Shown one piece after another: positions 9,103 through 18,295 of a stretch of DNA of 64,000 nt. The stretch lies in contig CAZOMM010000001.1 of the NCBI GenBank assembly GCA_964581165.1, forward strand, positions 14,560 to 78,559, in the 5' to 3' direction. Below the pieces are notes generated by a model. It was given only the letters and a program-made list of their open reading frames with translations. It had not been told where the DNA came from and made no database searches. A program made the translations under genes and the position numbers. Each line of letters opens with the position of its first letter. The stretch's first letter is position 1. The stretch is from an uncultured Coriobacteriaceae bacterium (lineage in GTDB: Bacteria > Actinomycetota > Coriobacteriia > Coriobacteriales > CADBOM01).

Positions 9103-10380
9103 ATGCCTCTTGTTGTAATGAAATTTGGCGGCACCTCTGTCGCAAACGAAGAGAGAATTAAACGAGCTGCAAGGCGCATTATTGAGCGGCGTGAGGCAGG
9201 TGATAAGGTCATTGCTGTGGTATCTGCCATGGGCAAGTCCACGGATGACTTTGTTAAGCTTGCGCATGCAGTAAACGAGAACCCGTCGAGCAGGGAGATG
9301 GATGTGCTTCTCTCGGCAGGGGAGCAAATTTCTATGGCTGTTATGGCCATGGCGGTAGAAGGCATGGGTCATCATGCAATTTCTTTAACAGGCGGCCAGG
9401 CTGGAATTGTGACAGACGTTGCCTTTTCTAAGGCCAAGATTCGCGAGATTAAATCAGATCGCATTCTGCATGAATTGGACAAGGGTGGCATTGTCATAGT
9501 TGCGGGCTTTCAGGGTGTTACAAAAGCGGGGGATATCACCACACTTGGACGTGGTGGATCGGATATAACTGCTGTAGCAATAGCCGCTGCCACAGGTGCT
9601 GATCTTTGTGAGATCTACACAGATGTTGAAGGTGTTTACACAACTGATCCTAGAGTTTGCCCCAGAGCTCGAAAGATTGATGTTATTGGGTACGAAGACA
9701 TGCTTGAGCTTGCCGATAGTGGCTCGGCAGTTTTGCTATCTCGAGCTGTTGAGTTTGCTAGAAATTTTGGAGTTAAAGTTCATTGCCGTTCGGCATTTAG
9801 TGATAAACCGGGCACTATAGTTAAGGAGGTGCCGGAGATGGAGTCGGCAGTTATTTCGGGAATTGCACACGATGATTCTGAAGCTAAGGTTACTTTGCGA
9901 GATGTGCCTGATCAGCCGGGAGTAGCCGCTAAAGTTTTCTCCTCTGTGGCCGAGATTGGGGCCAACGTGGATATGATCGTTCAGAATGTTTCCGAAAATG
10001 GCATGACAGACCTGTCATTTACAACTCCACTTAGAGATCTCTCTAAGGTTATGAGCCTGCTTGATGAGCTGGTGTCTGATCTAGGAGCGCGCAGTTACCT
10101 CATCGACAAGTCGATTTCTAAGATCTCGCTTGTGGGTGCTGGAATGAAGACCAACCCAGGTATTGCCGCCAAGATGTTTACTGTGCTTGCAGAAAATGGC
10201 ATCAATATTTCGCTTATATCAACATCACCTATTAGAGTTTCGGTGGTTATCGATGAATCCTTTGCACAAAAGGCTGTTCAATGTCTGCATACCGCCTTTG
10301 GTTTGGATTCGGATGCCATCTTTGAAGAGACACAGCTTTCGAGTGAGGAGCTTGCCGCTAAGGCAGAAAAGGGTAGGTAG
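9103..10380 (+). CDS. ask: aspartate kinase
   Basis: N-terminal KFGGTSVAN, an amino-acid kinase fold and two C-terminal ACT domains. ATG at 9103. Confidence 0.9.
   Translation: MPLVVMKFGGTSVANEERIKRAARRIIERREAGDKVIAVVSAMGKSTDDFVKLAHAVNENPSSREMDVLLSAGEQISMAVMAMAVEGMGHHAISLTGGQAGIVTDVAFSKAKIREIKSDRILHELDKGGIVIVAGFQGVTKAGDITTLGRGGSDITAVAIAAATGADLCEIYTDVEGVYTTDPRVCPRARKIDVIGYEDMLELADSGSAVLLSRAVEFARNFGVKVHCRSAFSDKPGTIVKEVPEMESAVISGIAHDDSEAKVTLRDVPDQPGVAAKVFSSVAEIGANVDMIVQNVSENGMTDLSFTTPLRDLSKVMSLLDELVSDLGARSYLIDKSISKISLVGAGMKTNPGIAAKMFTVLAENGINISLISTSPIRVSVVIDESFAQKAVQCLHTAFGLDSDAIFEETQLSSEELAAKAEKGR
9838..10380 (+). CDS. aspartate kinase beta subunit from an in-frame internal start (nested gene)
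   Basis: AAGGAGG at 9823-9829 lies 8 nt upstream of an in-frame ATG (9838) that begins MESAVISGIAHDD at the start of the ACT region. This is the arrangement known for lysC alpha/beta in Corynebacterium and Bacillus. Confidence 0.55.
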   Translation: MESAVISGIAHDDSEAKVTLRDVPDQPGVAAKVFSSVAEIGANVDMIVQNVSENGMTDLSFTTPLRDLSKVMSLLDELVSDLGARSYLIDKSISKISLVGAGMKTNPGIAAKMFTVLAENGINISLISTSPIRVSVVIDESFAQKAVQCLHTAFGLDSDAIFEETQLSSEELAAKAEKGR

Positions 10381-10530
10381 ACGTTGAAGTGCAGATACTG
10401 AAGCGCCAGAGGCAGATGCTGAGGTGCCTGAGGTGCAGATGTTGAGGTGCCAAGGGCGCAGATGCTGAAGCGCGTAAGCGTTGAGGTACAGATGTTGAGG
10501 TGCTAGAGGTACCAGAGGCGCTTAAGTTTT
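10381..10530. repeat. degenerate tandem repeats (YTGARGYGC / GCAGATG units) filling the ask-asd spacer
   Basis: At least 8 copies are visible, e.g. GCAGATGCTGAGGTGC, GCAGATGTTGAGGTGC, GCAGATGCTGAAGCGC and ACAGATGTTGAGGTGC. Confidence 0.8.
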
Positions 10531-10568
10531 GCCTTTACAAGATTCAAGAGAAAGTTAGAGGTGTAACA

Positions 10569-11594
10569 ATGGCTTGGAACAAGGAAATGCCGGCTAATCC
10601 GGTTGTAGCAGTATGCGGTGCCACAGGAGCAGTCGGACGCGAGATGCTCAAGGTGTTGGAGCAGAGAGATTTTCCCGCTAGCCGTTTTGTTGCACTTGCA
10701 AGTTCGCGAAGTGCTGGCAAAAAGCTGCCATTTAAGGGAACTGAGCTAGAGGTTCAAGAGATGACTCCAGACTCATTCCAGGGCATTGATATAGCTTTGT
10801 TCTCAGCTGGTTCGAGTATCTCGCAGCAGATGAGGCCTCATGTGGTAGGGGCAGGTGCTGTGATGATCGATAATTCTTCGGCCTTTCGTATGGAAGATGG
10901 GGTTCCACTGGTGGTTCCCGAAGTAAATCCCGAGGATGCCCTTAAGCATGAGGGACTTATTGCTAATCCCAATTGCTCAACTATTCAAATGGTTGTAGCT
11001 CTAAAGCCCCTGTATGACATCTCTAAGATTACTAGGGTGGTTGTGAGCACCTATCAAGCTGCATCGGGTGCTGGTGCCAAGGCGATGGATGAGTTGTTTA
11101 CGCAATCTCGTGAGTATTTAGATGGCGAAGAGCTGCATATCGAAGCTTTTGCTCATCAGATTGCATTTAATTGCATCCCTCATATCGATGTGTTTATGGA
11201 GGATGATTCCACTAGGGAAGAGTGGAAGATGGTTGCAGAGACCAAAAAAATTATGGGCGATCCCGACATCCAAGTTGCAGCAACCTGTGTAAGAATTCCC
11301 GTTTTGCGCTGCCATGCCGAGTCGATAAATGTTGAGTTTGAGGGAGAAGTTAGTGTTGAGGCTGCGCGAGAGGCTTTTGAGAAGGCGGCCGGGGTTACAC
11401 TCATAGACGATCCTGCTCAAAAGCTTTATCCAATGCCAGGTCTGCTTGCTGGAACCGACGATACCTACATAGGCAGACTGCGTAAGGATCCTACGGTTGA
11501 TCATGGAATTGCAATGTGGGTTGTTGCCGACCAGATTCGTAAGGGCGCTGCACTAAACGCAGTACAGATTGCCGAGATGTTGCTGCCTAGCTAG
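10569..11594 (+). CDS. asd: aspartate-semialdehyde dehydrogenase
   Basis: VAVCGATGAVG NAD(P) site and active-site NPNCSTIQM. The ATG at 10569 has AGAGGTG upstream; the ORF-track start at 10500 lies inside the repeat tract. Confidence 0.9.
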   Translation: MAWNKEMPANPVVAVCGATGAVGREMLKVLEQRDFPASRFVALASSRSAGKKLPFKGTELEVQEMTPDSFQGIDIALFSAGSSISQQMRPHVVGAGAVMIDNSSAFRMEDGVPLVVPEVNPEDALKHEGLIANPNCSTIQMVVALKPLYDISKITRVVVSTYQAASGAGAKAMDELFTQSREYLDGEELHIEAFAHQIAFNCIPHIDVFMEDDSTREEWKMVAETKKIMGDPDIQVAATCVRIPVLRCHAESINVEFEGEVSVEAAREAFEKAAGVTLIDDPAQKLYPMPGLLAGTDDTYIGRLRKDPTVDHGIAMWVVADQIRKGAALNAVQIAEMLLPS

Positions 11595-11764
11595 GTTTGG
11601 CAGCCTAGGTCTGTAAACAAGGCCGCAAGTGGATTTTGCTGAGGCGGGCCGTATATAGGTCTTACAAATTAGTAACTTGACCAGCTTCTAAGTTAACAAG
11701 CTTTGCAAGCAGATCTTTGATTGGATTTGTTTAAGCAAATGCTCAAGTAAGTGCAATAGATAAA

Positions 11765-11798
11765 GATGCCGGGGCATTACCACAATGACCCCGGCATC
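11765..11798. terminator. bidirectional-looking terminator between convergent asd and flavoprotein genes
   Basis: 10-bp arms GATGCCGGGG (11765-11774) and CCCCGGCATC (11789-11798). The flank is T-rich on the minus-strand side (TTTATCTATT). Confidence 0.6.
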
Positions 11799-11906
11799 GT
11801 TTCTGTGCGCCTTGTATTGTGCGCGCATTTATTCAGCAGTCACGCTAAAGCTGATTTAGCATAGATTCGGCATTTTTCTGAGAGCCACTTTTAGAGAACC
11901 CAACTT

Positions 11907-13040
11907 CTAGAACTTAGCTTTAAATCGGTCGTAACTTAGACCACTTATGTCTATTGTCGATGACGCACCTGTGTCTATTAGTTCTGCCATCGCGTAGCCT
12001 ATGCCAGGCGATATTCCAAAACCATGAGCATTAAAGCCGTAAGCACTAACAAGGCCAGGCACCTCGGGACAATCTCCTAGCACAGGAACCCCATCTGGTG
12101 TAATGTCGATCCATCCAGCCCAGGTTCGCACAACATTCATTTCTGCCATCATTGGGAAATATTTCATAATCCCTCGGCATACACAGGGTGCATTTGTTGA
12201 GTTTCCCTTGGTGCTTATGTCGTAAAAGTCGAAGCCCTCAAGGTCGTCGTCTCCGCCAAATACAAAGGAGCCATGATTGGTCTGCCCTCCGTAAAAGTCG
12301 GCTTCTGCTGTACCCAGCATCGTGTCAAACATATGTGGTTGACACTCTGTTACAAGGCAGTGATCAATTCGAGGCCTAACTGGAGCGTTTATTTCCACAG
12401 TTTCAAGTATTTCTTTGGATTGAGCACCAGCGCACACCATTACGGTATCTGCCTCGTATGTGTTGTTCTCGGCTATGACCTTGCGAATTCTGCCGCGAAT
12501 CTTTCGAAGACTCAAAACCTTTTCGCCAGTGATAAATCTCACTCCAGCTTCCATGGCTCGAAGATAAAAGCCTAGGCCAGTCTTGAGGGGATTGGCATGT
12601 CCATCGCTGGGACACCAACTAGCACCAACAACCTCTTCTGACAGATATGGGTTGATCTGCCTAGCTTCATCTCCCGAGATCATGCTTACATCAAGACCGC
12701 AGGCTGCAGCTCTGTCGGCTAATCCTGTGAGAATTTCCATGTGCTCTTCGGTCTTGCCTAGACGCAGGTTTCCACCTTGGTTGTACTCAACATCAATCCC
12801 CAGTTCCTCACCAAGTGTTGGCCAGATATTTTCTACAGCAAACATAGCTAGGGGGAGTTCGCGAGGGTCTCGTCCCGACTGTCTTACTCCTCCAGCATTT
12901 CTAGATGCAGCACCGTTGAGAATGACATCTTGTGCTTCGAGGACTATCACATTGGTGATTCCGCGTTTTGTTAAATAGTAGGCTGTGGAGCACCCTTCGA
13001 TGCCGCCGCCAACAATAATTACATCCGCAGTGTTATTCAT
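11907..13040 (-). CDS. FAD-dependent oxidoreductase (DAO family; beta-type subunit of heteromeric amino-acid/opine dehydrogenases)
   Basis: N-terminal DVIIVGGGIEGCSTAYYL dinucleotide fold, 377 aa, DAO-like throughout. Confidence 0.8.
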   Translation of the reverse strand: MNNTADVIIVGGGIEGCSTAYYLTKRGITNVIVLEAQDVILNGAASRNAGGVRQSGRDPRELPLAMFAVENIWPTLGEELGIDVEYNQGGNLRLGKTEEHMEILTGLADRAAACGLDVSMISGDEARQINPYLSEEVVGASWCPSDGHANPLKTGLGFYLRAMEAGVRFITGEKVLSLRKIRGRIRKVIAENNTYEADTVMVCAGAQSKEILETVEINAPVRPRIDHCLVTECQPHMFDTMLGTAEADFYGGQTNHGSFVFGGDDDLEGFDFYDISTKGNSTNAPCVCRGIMKYFPMMAEMNVVRTWAGWIDITPDGVPVLGDCPEVPGLVSAYGFNAHGFGISPGIGYAMAELIDTGASSTIDISGLSYDRFKAKF

Positions 13041-13048
13041 TGCTCCTC

Positions 13049-13369
13049 CTAGAAACTTTCGTTGCCAAGATCATGCATCTGAAGGGGCCGTTGCGGGGAG
13101 CGGGCTGCTGGCGTACATAGCTCAAGTCGTCCGCATTTAAGCTCTTTGGCGATGATTCCTTGTGCCAAACGTGTGCAGGTGCGCCCTTGACATAGACCCA
13201 TTGCACAACGAGTAAATCGCCGTATTTCGGGGAAGCGATACAACCCATCGTGTACTGCGCGTCTTATGTCGCCTTTGCTTACTTCTTCACAACGACACAC
13301 AATAAGGTCGTCGTCGGCTTCGGGTTTAAAGGGATTAGGATTGATAGATCTATATGTTGGAGAACTCAT
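13049..13369 (-). CDS. (2Fe-2S)-binding protein, BFD-like domain
   Basis: CRCEEVSKGDIRRAV...RCAMGLCQGRTC cysteine pattern, 106 aa. Confidence 0.75.
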   Translation of the reverse strand: MSSPTYRSINPNPFKPEADDDLIVCRCEEVSKGDIRRAVHDGLYRFPEIRRFTRCAMGLCQGRTCTRLAQGIIAKELKCGRLELCTPAARSPQRPLQMHDLGNESF

Positions 13370-13465
13370 CTAAGGCTCCTCAAATCTTAGTTTTAGGCTT
13401 TTGGGCATTTAAGTTGCAGAGGATGTTTAACTTACAGGGGACGTTTAGCTCGCAGGCTTAGCTAT

Positions 13466-15040
13466 TTAGCTTGCGAGCTTAAAGAAACGTGCTTGATGTG
13501 CGTATTGGCGTGGGATGCTCATTGTTAGCAGGGCTGTATGGTCAAAGGCCGATGGATTGGCAATCTTTACAACCTTTGCTCCACATACCTCGTTTCCGCT
13601 GCGATCAAGCGCCATTCCTTCAGTTCCCGTGGAGGGCAAGGGCAAAAACTCGTAAGGCAGAGTAACTTGAGCAGTTCCATCTCCAAGATCCTCATTAACT
13701 AAAAAGATGGCTTGGCCTGGGCAAAATGCTACGCACTTACCACAATTAGCGCACTTGGCCTTGGGATTGATCGTAGGCAACTTGGTCATGTTGTCCTTGC
13801 CTACATTTATGCAGTGCTGAGGACAGGCATCTCTGCAGGGATTACAAGGGATGTTTTGTGTGCATTCGATAACTGCATGCCAACCGTCTGTATGCACAAG
13901 TCCGCCAAACGAATCTATTTCTTCGTCGGTAACATAGCCTCGTTTAAGCAAACTTTGAGAAAGAGGGATTCCTTCGTCGGTTTGAGTGATTTCCTTGCCT
14001 CTATTTTGCGGAGCAAACATTCCCATTCGCAGGCTGTCCAGTGCTTCGAGATGTTCTTTTAAGGCTTTACCTGCAGTTTCTGCATCTATGTACCCTAAAA
14101 ACTCGGCCGCCGATACCGCAGCTATGCGTCCTTCGATCATGGCCGAACTGGCTTCTTCGATTCCAGAACAGTCTCCTGCAGCATAAATTCCTGGTACCGA
14201 GGTAGCGCACCGCTCATTAACAACTGGAACGCTGCCTCCCTTGTCTGTCATCTCACAACCGGCCATATCTAGAAGCTGCGATTGAGGCGAAAGGCCAGCT
14301 GCAAGACAGATTGTGTCTACATCAAAGTGTTTTTCGGTGCCCTCGATAAACTTAAAGTTGCTGTCTACTTCGGCTATCACAACTCCGCTTACATGGTCTG
14401 TTCCTTCGGCCTTTTTGATTGTGTGCGATGTGTAAAAGGGAACGCCGGTACGTGCAAGTTTGGATGCGTGTACTCCGTAGCCACCTATTTTGGGCGCTGC
14501 GTCAACAAGAGCCACGACTTCGCATCCAGCTTGCAAAAGCTGAAAACTCACCACAAGCCCAACGTTGCCGGTGCCAAGCATTAAGACTCTTTCTCCAGGT
14601 TTGACACCATTGAGGTTCATGAACATCTGAGCGGCTCCAGCGCCCATAACTCCGGGTAGAGTCCAGCCTTCGAACATGACTGCGTTTTCGGATGCGCCGG
14701 TTGCAACTATTATTGAGTCGGCTTTGCAATGCGAGACTTGTCTATCGTGATGGATCATTAGCTCTTTATTGGGAAAGATTCCCATAACTTCTGTGTTGAG
14801 TTCGACCTTGACTCCAGCTTCAGAGGCTTGTCTCAAGAGCTCTTGACCTATCGTGACTCCGCGTAGTTTAGCTCCGTGTTCTTTGGAGCCAAAAAACTTG
14901 TGAATCTGTTTGAATAGCTGACCGCCTGGACGGGAGTTTTCGTCAAAGACAACAACTTCTAGGCCATATTTTGCAGCTTCTATAGCAGCGCTAAGTCCAG
15001 ATGGTCCAGAACCTATAATTATCAAGTCGTAGCGTTTCAT
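13466..15040 (-). CDS. NAD(P)/FAD-dependent oxidoreductase with C-terminal ferredoxin-type Cys clusters (alpha-type subunit)
   Basis: YDLIIIGSGPSGLSAA and LMLGTGNVGLVVSF Rossmann motifs, with C-terminal CNPCRDACPQHC and CANCGKCVAFCP. Confidence 0.8.
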   Translation of the reverse strand: MKRYDLIIIGSGPSGLSAAIEAAKYGLEVVVFDENSRPGGQLFKQIHKFFGSKEHGAKLRGVTIGQELLRQASEAGVKVELNTEVMGIFPNKELMIHHDRQVSHCKADSIIVATGASENAVMFEGWTLPGVMGAGAAQMFMNLNGVKPGERVLMLGTGNVGLVVSFQLLQAGCEVVALVDAAPKIGGYGVHASKLARTGVPFYTSHTIKKAEGTDHVSGVVIAEVDSNFKFIEGTEKHFDVDTICLAAGLSPQSQLLDMAGCEMTDKGGSVPVVNERCATSVPGIYAAGDCSGIEEASSAMIEGRIAAVSAAEFLGYIDAETAGKALKEHLEALDSLRMGMFAPQNRGKEITQTDEGIPLSQSLLKRGYVTDEEIDSFGGLVHTDGWHAVIECTQNIPCNPCRDACPQHCINVGKDNMTKLPTINPKAKCANCGKCVAFCPGQAIFLVNEDLGDGTAQVTLPYEFLPLPSTGTEGMALDRSGNEVCGAKVVKIANPSAFDHTALLTMSIPRQYAHQARFFKLAS

Positions 15041-15058
15041 TCTTATACCCCCGTTTTG

Positions 15059-15556
15059 CTAGATTTTTGCTGTCATTGCAGTGGACATAGCAACAGGCTT
15101 TGACGTGTCAGAGGTATCCGTTGCTGCTTCGCCGAATGTTTCAGATACGGATGCTTCAGCTGTTCCGGATGTCTCAGATACGGGTGTTTCGAACGTCTCG
15201 GGTGCTTTGGATGCTTCGGGTGTTTCAGATGCTTCGAATGCCTTTGCGCTTACTCCGTACTGAGTTTGTACAGCCATGCCTTTTTCGACGGGGGTAACGC
15301 ATGTGCGAACATTGGGTTTGCCATCTACGATCATCACGCAGTCGGTGCATCGTCCTATTGCGCAAAAGACACCGCGTGGTTCATGCAAATTATTTGTATA
15401 TCGATGAATCATCACACCCGCAGCCTTAAGCGCCGCAGCAATTGGCTCTCCCTCGTAAGCTTGAATTGTTTTTCCGTTATAGGTAAACGAAATTAGTTTT
15501 CCTTTTTCGGGCTTACCTAGGATTGGGTGGTTCATTATCCGGTGAGACTTAGACAT
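15059..15556 (-). CDS. (2Fe-2S)-binding protein (Fer2_4-like) with repetitive acidic Ser/Thr-rich C-terminal tail
   Basis: FTYNGKTIQAYEGEPIAAAL...CAIGRCTDCVMIVDGKPNVRTC. The likely start is the ATG at 15556 (MSKSHRI), because the ORF-track start would overlap the upstream gene. Confidence 0.75.
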   Translation of the reverse strand: MSKSHRIMNHPILGKPEKGKLISFTYNGKTIQAYEGEPIAAALKAAGVMIHRYTNNLHEPRGVFCAIGRCTDCVMIVDGKPNVRTCVTPVEKGMAVQTQYGVSAKAFEASETPEASKAPETFETPVSETSGTAEASVSETFGEAATDTSDTSKPVAMSTAMTAKI

Positions 15557-15600
15557 TGGATTATCACTTTCTTTTTGGCGATTTGTATTTGGGGGATGAG

Positions 15601-16740
15601 CTAAGCAAACGTGGGAGCGTCCCATAGATGAAGTTTGGTGCCAATTCCCATCTTTACGGCGTTGTCATAGCAGTACTTGCCCCATGCAACGTCTTCTACC
15701 GGCATTCCACCAACACTCATCGTGATAACTTCGTCATCGCTTTCGCGTCCAGGTGCGCGGTCGAGGAGTATGTCGCCCATAGAGATGATTCGTTCGCGGG
15801 TGATCAAGCCGTCGTGAATCATGTCGGTAAACTTGCATCCAAAGATGTCCATTCCATATCCAAATGTGGGGTAGGGGTACTCATTGGCCCAAGAGTCGTA
15901 TAGGCCAATATCATCAACAACCAACTTGCACTTATCTATAAGATATTGATCCTCAACGTCAAAGGCAGAGGTACCGATGATAAAGGCACCAGGCTTGACC
16001 CAATCTCCCATAACTTTGGCATAGCTTGTGGGATCTGAGGTGGCTGTTGCTCCAAAGTAGACACAGTCGCTATCGCGGACTAGTTCTTCCAGTGTGTCTA
16101 CTACCTCGATAGTTGTAAATTGCGGGTGCTTTTCTTTAACGTAGGCAATATAGCCATCAATGCCTTGCTGGCTTCTACCCTTGATTTTTACAGTGTCTAG
16201 ATTTGGAATCTCTGCAGCAAAGGCATCGATTGCTGTACGGCTAACTCCTCCAGGTCCAAAGATCGCAAGCACCTTGGAATCTTTGCGAGCAAGATGACGA
16301 ATTCCAACTCCAGGAACACCGCCTGTGCGATATGCGGACAGCAAGTTTGCAGACTCTAGGGCAATTGGTGCTCCGGTGTCTTTGTCATTGAGCATGACCA
16401 TAAGGATCGAACGTGGCAGACCCTTTTCCTTGTTGGCAGTGTTGGAGCCGTACCATTTGCAACCTGCCATGTCAAAGGGGCCTCCTAGATAGGCCGGCAT
16501 TGCCATAAAGCGTCTATCTTCGCCTTGATCGGTTGGCATATTGGGGAATGGTGAGCTTTTGGGGAAGGTGACCATGCATCCATGGGAGGTGCCAGTTTTT
16601 CCACCCATCATAAAGTCACCTAATCTGAGGCATTTTAGGACCTCTTCCATGGTGTCGATACAATCCGAAATGTTCATTACACCAGCTTTGATCATGTCTT
16701 CTTCGTTGAGATAAAGGAAATCGATTGCCGGATAAGCCAT
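15601..16740 (-). CDS. ornithine cyclodeaminase / mu-crystallin family protein
   Basis: 379 aa with an OCD_Mu_crystall-like layout (LLSAYRTGGVPGVG..., Rossmann LAIFGPGGVSR). Confidence 0.75.
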   Translation of the reverse strand: MAYPAIDFLYLNEEDMIKAGVMNISDCIDTMEEVLKCLRLGDFMMGGKTGTSHGCMVTFPKSSPFPNMPTDQGEDRRFMAMPAYLGGPFDMAGCKWYGSNTANKEKGLPRSILMVMLNDKDTGAPIALESANLLSAYRTGGVPGVGIRHLARKDSKVLAIFGPGGVSRTAIDAFAAEIPNLDTVKIKGRSQQGIDGYIAYVKEKHPQFTTIEVVDTLEELVRDSDCVYFGATATSDPTSYAKVMGDWVKPGAFIIGTSAFDVEDQYLIDKCKLVVDDIGLYDSWANEYPYPTFGYGMDIFGCKFTDMIHDGLITRERIISMGDILLDRAPGRESDDEVITMSVGGMPVEDVAWGKYCYDNAVKMGIGTKLHLWDAPTFA

Positions 16741-16911
16741 GGGATCCTCCTTAGTGTCTGCCGCAGCTTCTTAGTGCTTAACATCTTTGCTAGCACCTAG
16801 GATTTAATTGACCTGCTGCGGTTTGGCTTTTGCTTTGCTTTACTGTGCTGTGCTCTGATCTGGCCCTTATAAAGGGAGTTTTACTTACTACTTATGAAAA
16901 CTTTTGAGCTT

Positions 16912-18240
16912 TTAATCCAATCCGGTAAAAGCGGGGTATCCAGATTCGCCATGCAGCGTGGTGTCCAGACCAGAGTTTTCGACGGTTTTGCTGACTCTGA
17001 GAGAGCCGCTAAAGATCTTTTTGACAGCAAATCCGATGATGGCCGTAATTGCAGCGACAAAAACAATCGTTACTAAAACTGCAAGTACTTGGCTTAAAAG
17101 TAGGGAGAAATCTCCGGTGTAGATAAGGCCTGCATTAGCAGATGGAGAAAGCTCTGGTGTTGCAAACACTCCAACAAGTATGGCTCCCACTAGTCCACCA
17201 AGTCCGTGTAGGCCAAAAGCATCGAGAGCGTCGTCCCATCCAAGTTTTCTCTTGAGCTTTGAGATAAAGAAGTAACAAACTGGGGAGACAATAATTCCCA
17301 TTACGATGGCTGCCCAAGGTTCGACATAGCCGCAGGCTGGGGTTATCACCACAAGACCAGCTATGACTCCAGACATCGCGCCAACTAGGGTGACTTTTTT
17401 GATTTTGATTTGTTCGACAAGCATCCATGAGATACCACCGGCACATGCTGCAAACAGGGTGTTCGCAATAGCCAAACCGGCGTTGCCATCGGCTACTAGT
17501 GCAGAACCGCCGTTAAATCCAAACCAACCCATAAACAGCATGCCGCCACCAAACATTACAAATGGAACATTGTGAGGACGCGCAGTGGAGACTTCAAAGT
17601 CTCTTCTCTTTCCAAGAATTAGGGCTAAGACTAAGCCAGATAAACCTGAGCAAATATGAACTGCAGTTCCGCCTGCAAAGTCGATGGCTCCAATACCATC
17701 TTGGATAAGGCCATTACCCCAAACCATATGAGCCATTGGGGCATAGACCAAAAGCGGCCATACAACTGCGATTACAGCTACTGCTCCAAACTTAGCCCTA
17801 CCTGCCAAAGAACCTGTAACGATGGCTGTGGTTACCATTGCAAAAGTTGCTTGGAATGCAACGCTAACGATTTCTGGATATGTGCCATAAGAGGCTTCGG
17901 CAAGAGTAGATGTATCCGTGGTTGATGTATTTGAGCTGATTACTTCTGATAGTGGCCAAGAGGAACCTATGCGCTCTAATCCCCCCACAAACAGAGCCGA
18001 GATACTCTGAATGCTGCCATCTTCTGCAAAGGCATCACTCGCGTTTCCATAAGCTATAGAGTCGCCTATTAGCGGCCAAGTGCAGCCTACGATACACATT
18101 GCAAGAATGCACATCAGCATTGTGTTGACTACATTTTTGCGCCGTGCAAGCCCTCCATAAAAAAGGGCCAATGCGGGACTCATCATGAGCACCAGAGCGC
18201 AGCTGACGATCATGAATGCAGTCGTGCCGGTGTCGTACAT
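16912..18240 (-). CDS. amt: ammonium transporter
   Basis: About 11 TM segments, with Amt signatures FGFNGGSAL and AVHICSGLSGLVLALILGKR. Confidence 0.9.
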   Translation of the reverse strand: MYDTGTTAFMIVSCALVLMMSPALALFYGGLARRKNVVNTMLMCILAMCIVGCTWPLIGDSIAYGNASDAFAEDGSIQSISALFVGGLERIGSSWPLSEVISSNTSTTDTSTLAEASYGTYPEIVSVAFQATFAMVTTAIVTGSLAGRAKFGAVAVIAVVWPLLVYAPMAHMVWGNGLIQDGIGAIDFAGGTAVHICSGLSGLVLALILGKRRDFEVSTARPHNVPFVMFGGGMLFMGWFGFNGGSALVADGNAGLAIANTLFAACAGGISWMLVEQIKIKKVTLVGAMSGVIAGLVVITPACGYVEPWAAIVMGIIVSPVCYFFISKLKRKLGWDDALDAFGLHGLGGLVGAILVGVFATPELSPSANAGLIYTGDFSLLLSQVLAVLVTIVFVAAITAIIGFAVKKIFSGSLRVSKTVENSGLDTTLHGESGYPAFTGLD

Positions 18241-18249
18241 GAACCCACC

Positions 18250-18295
18250 CTTTCTGTCGCGCGATCGGAGACGCTTTTGTTAACGCGACAGAAAG
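18250..18295 (-). promoter_or_regulatory. 12-bp perfect inverted repeat in the amt 5' leader, abutting the ribosome-binding site
   Basis: CTTTCTGTCGCG (18250-18261) and CGCGACAGAAAG (18284-18295). On the mRNA the 3' arm runs into GAAAGGGTGGGTTC-ATG. Confidence 0.5.

Noticed and set aside
8559-9161. Several 60-115-aa ORFs in the 625-bp PadR/ask intergenic region, and a possible lysine riboswitch upstream of ask
   Set aside because: The ORFs are AT-rich and low-complexity and overlap on both strands. I looked for L-box hallmarks (AGAGGNGC, GAAAGGGG, GTCGCCGAAG-like blocks) and did not find them. Only small duplications (GTACTTTT x2, GCGATTTAG x2) are present.
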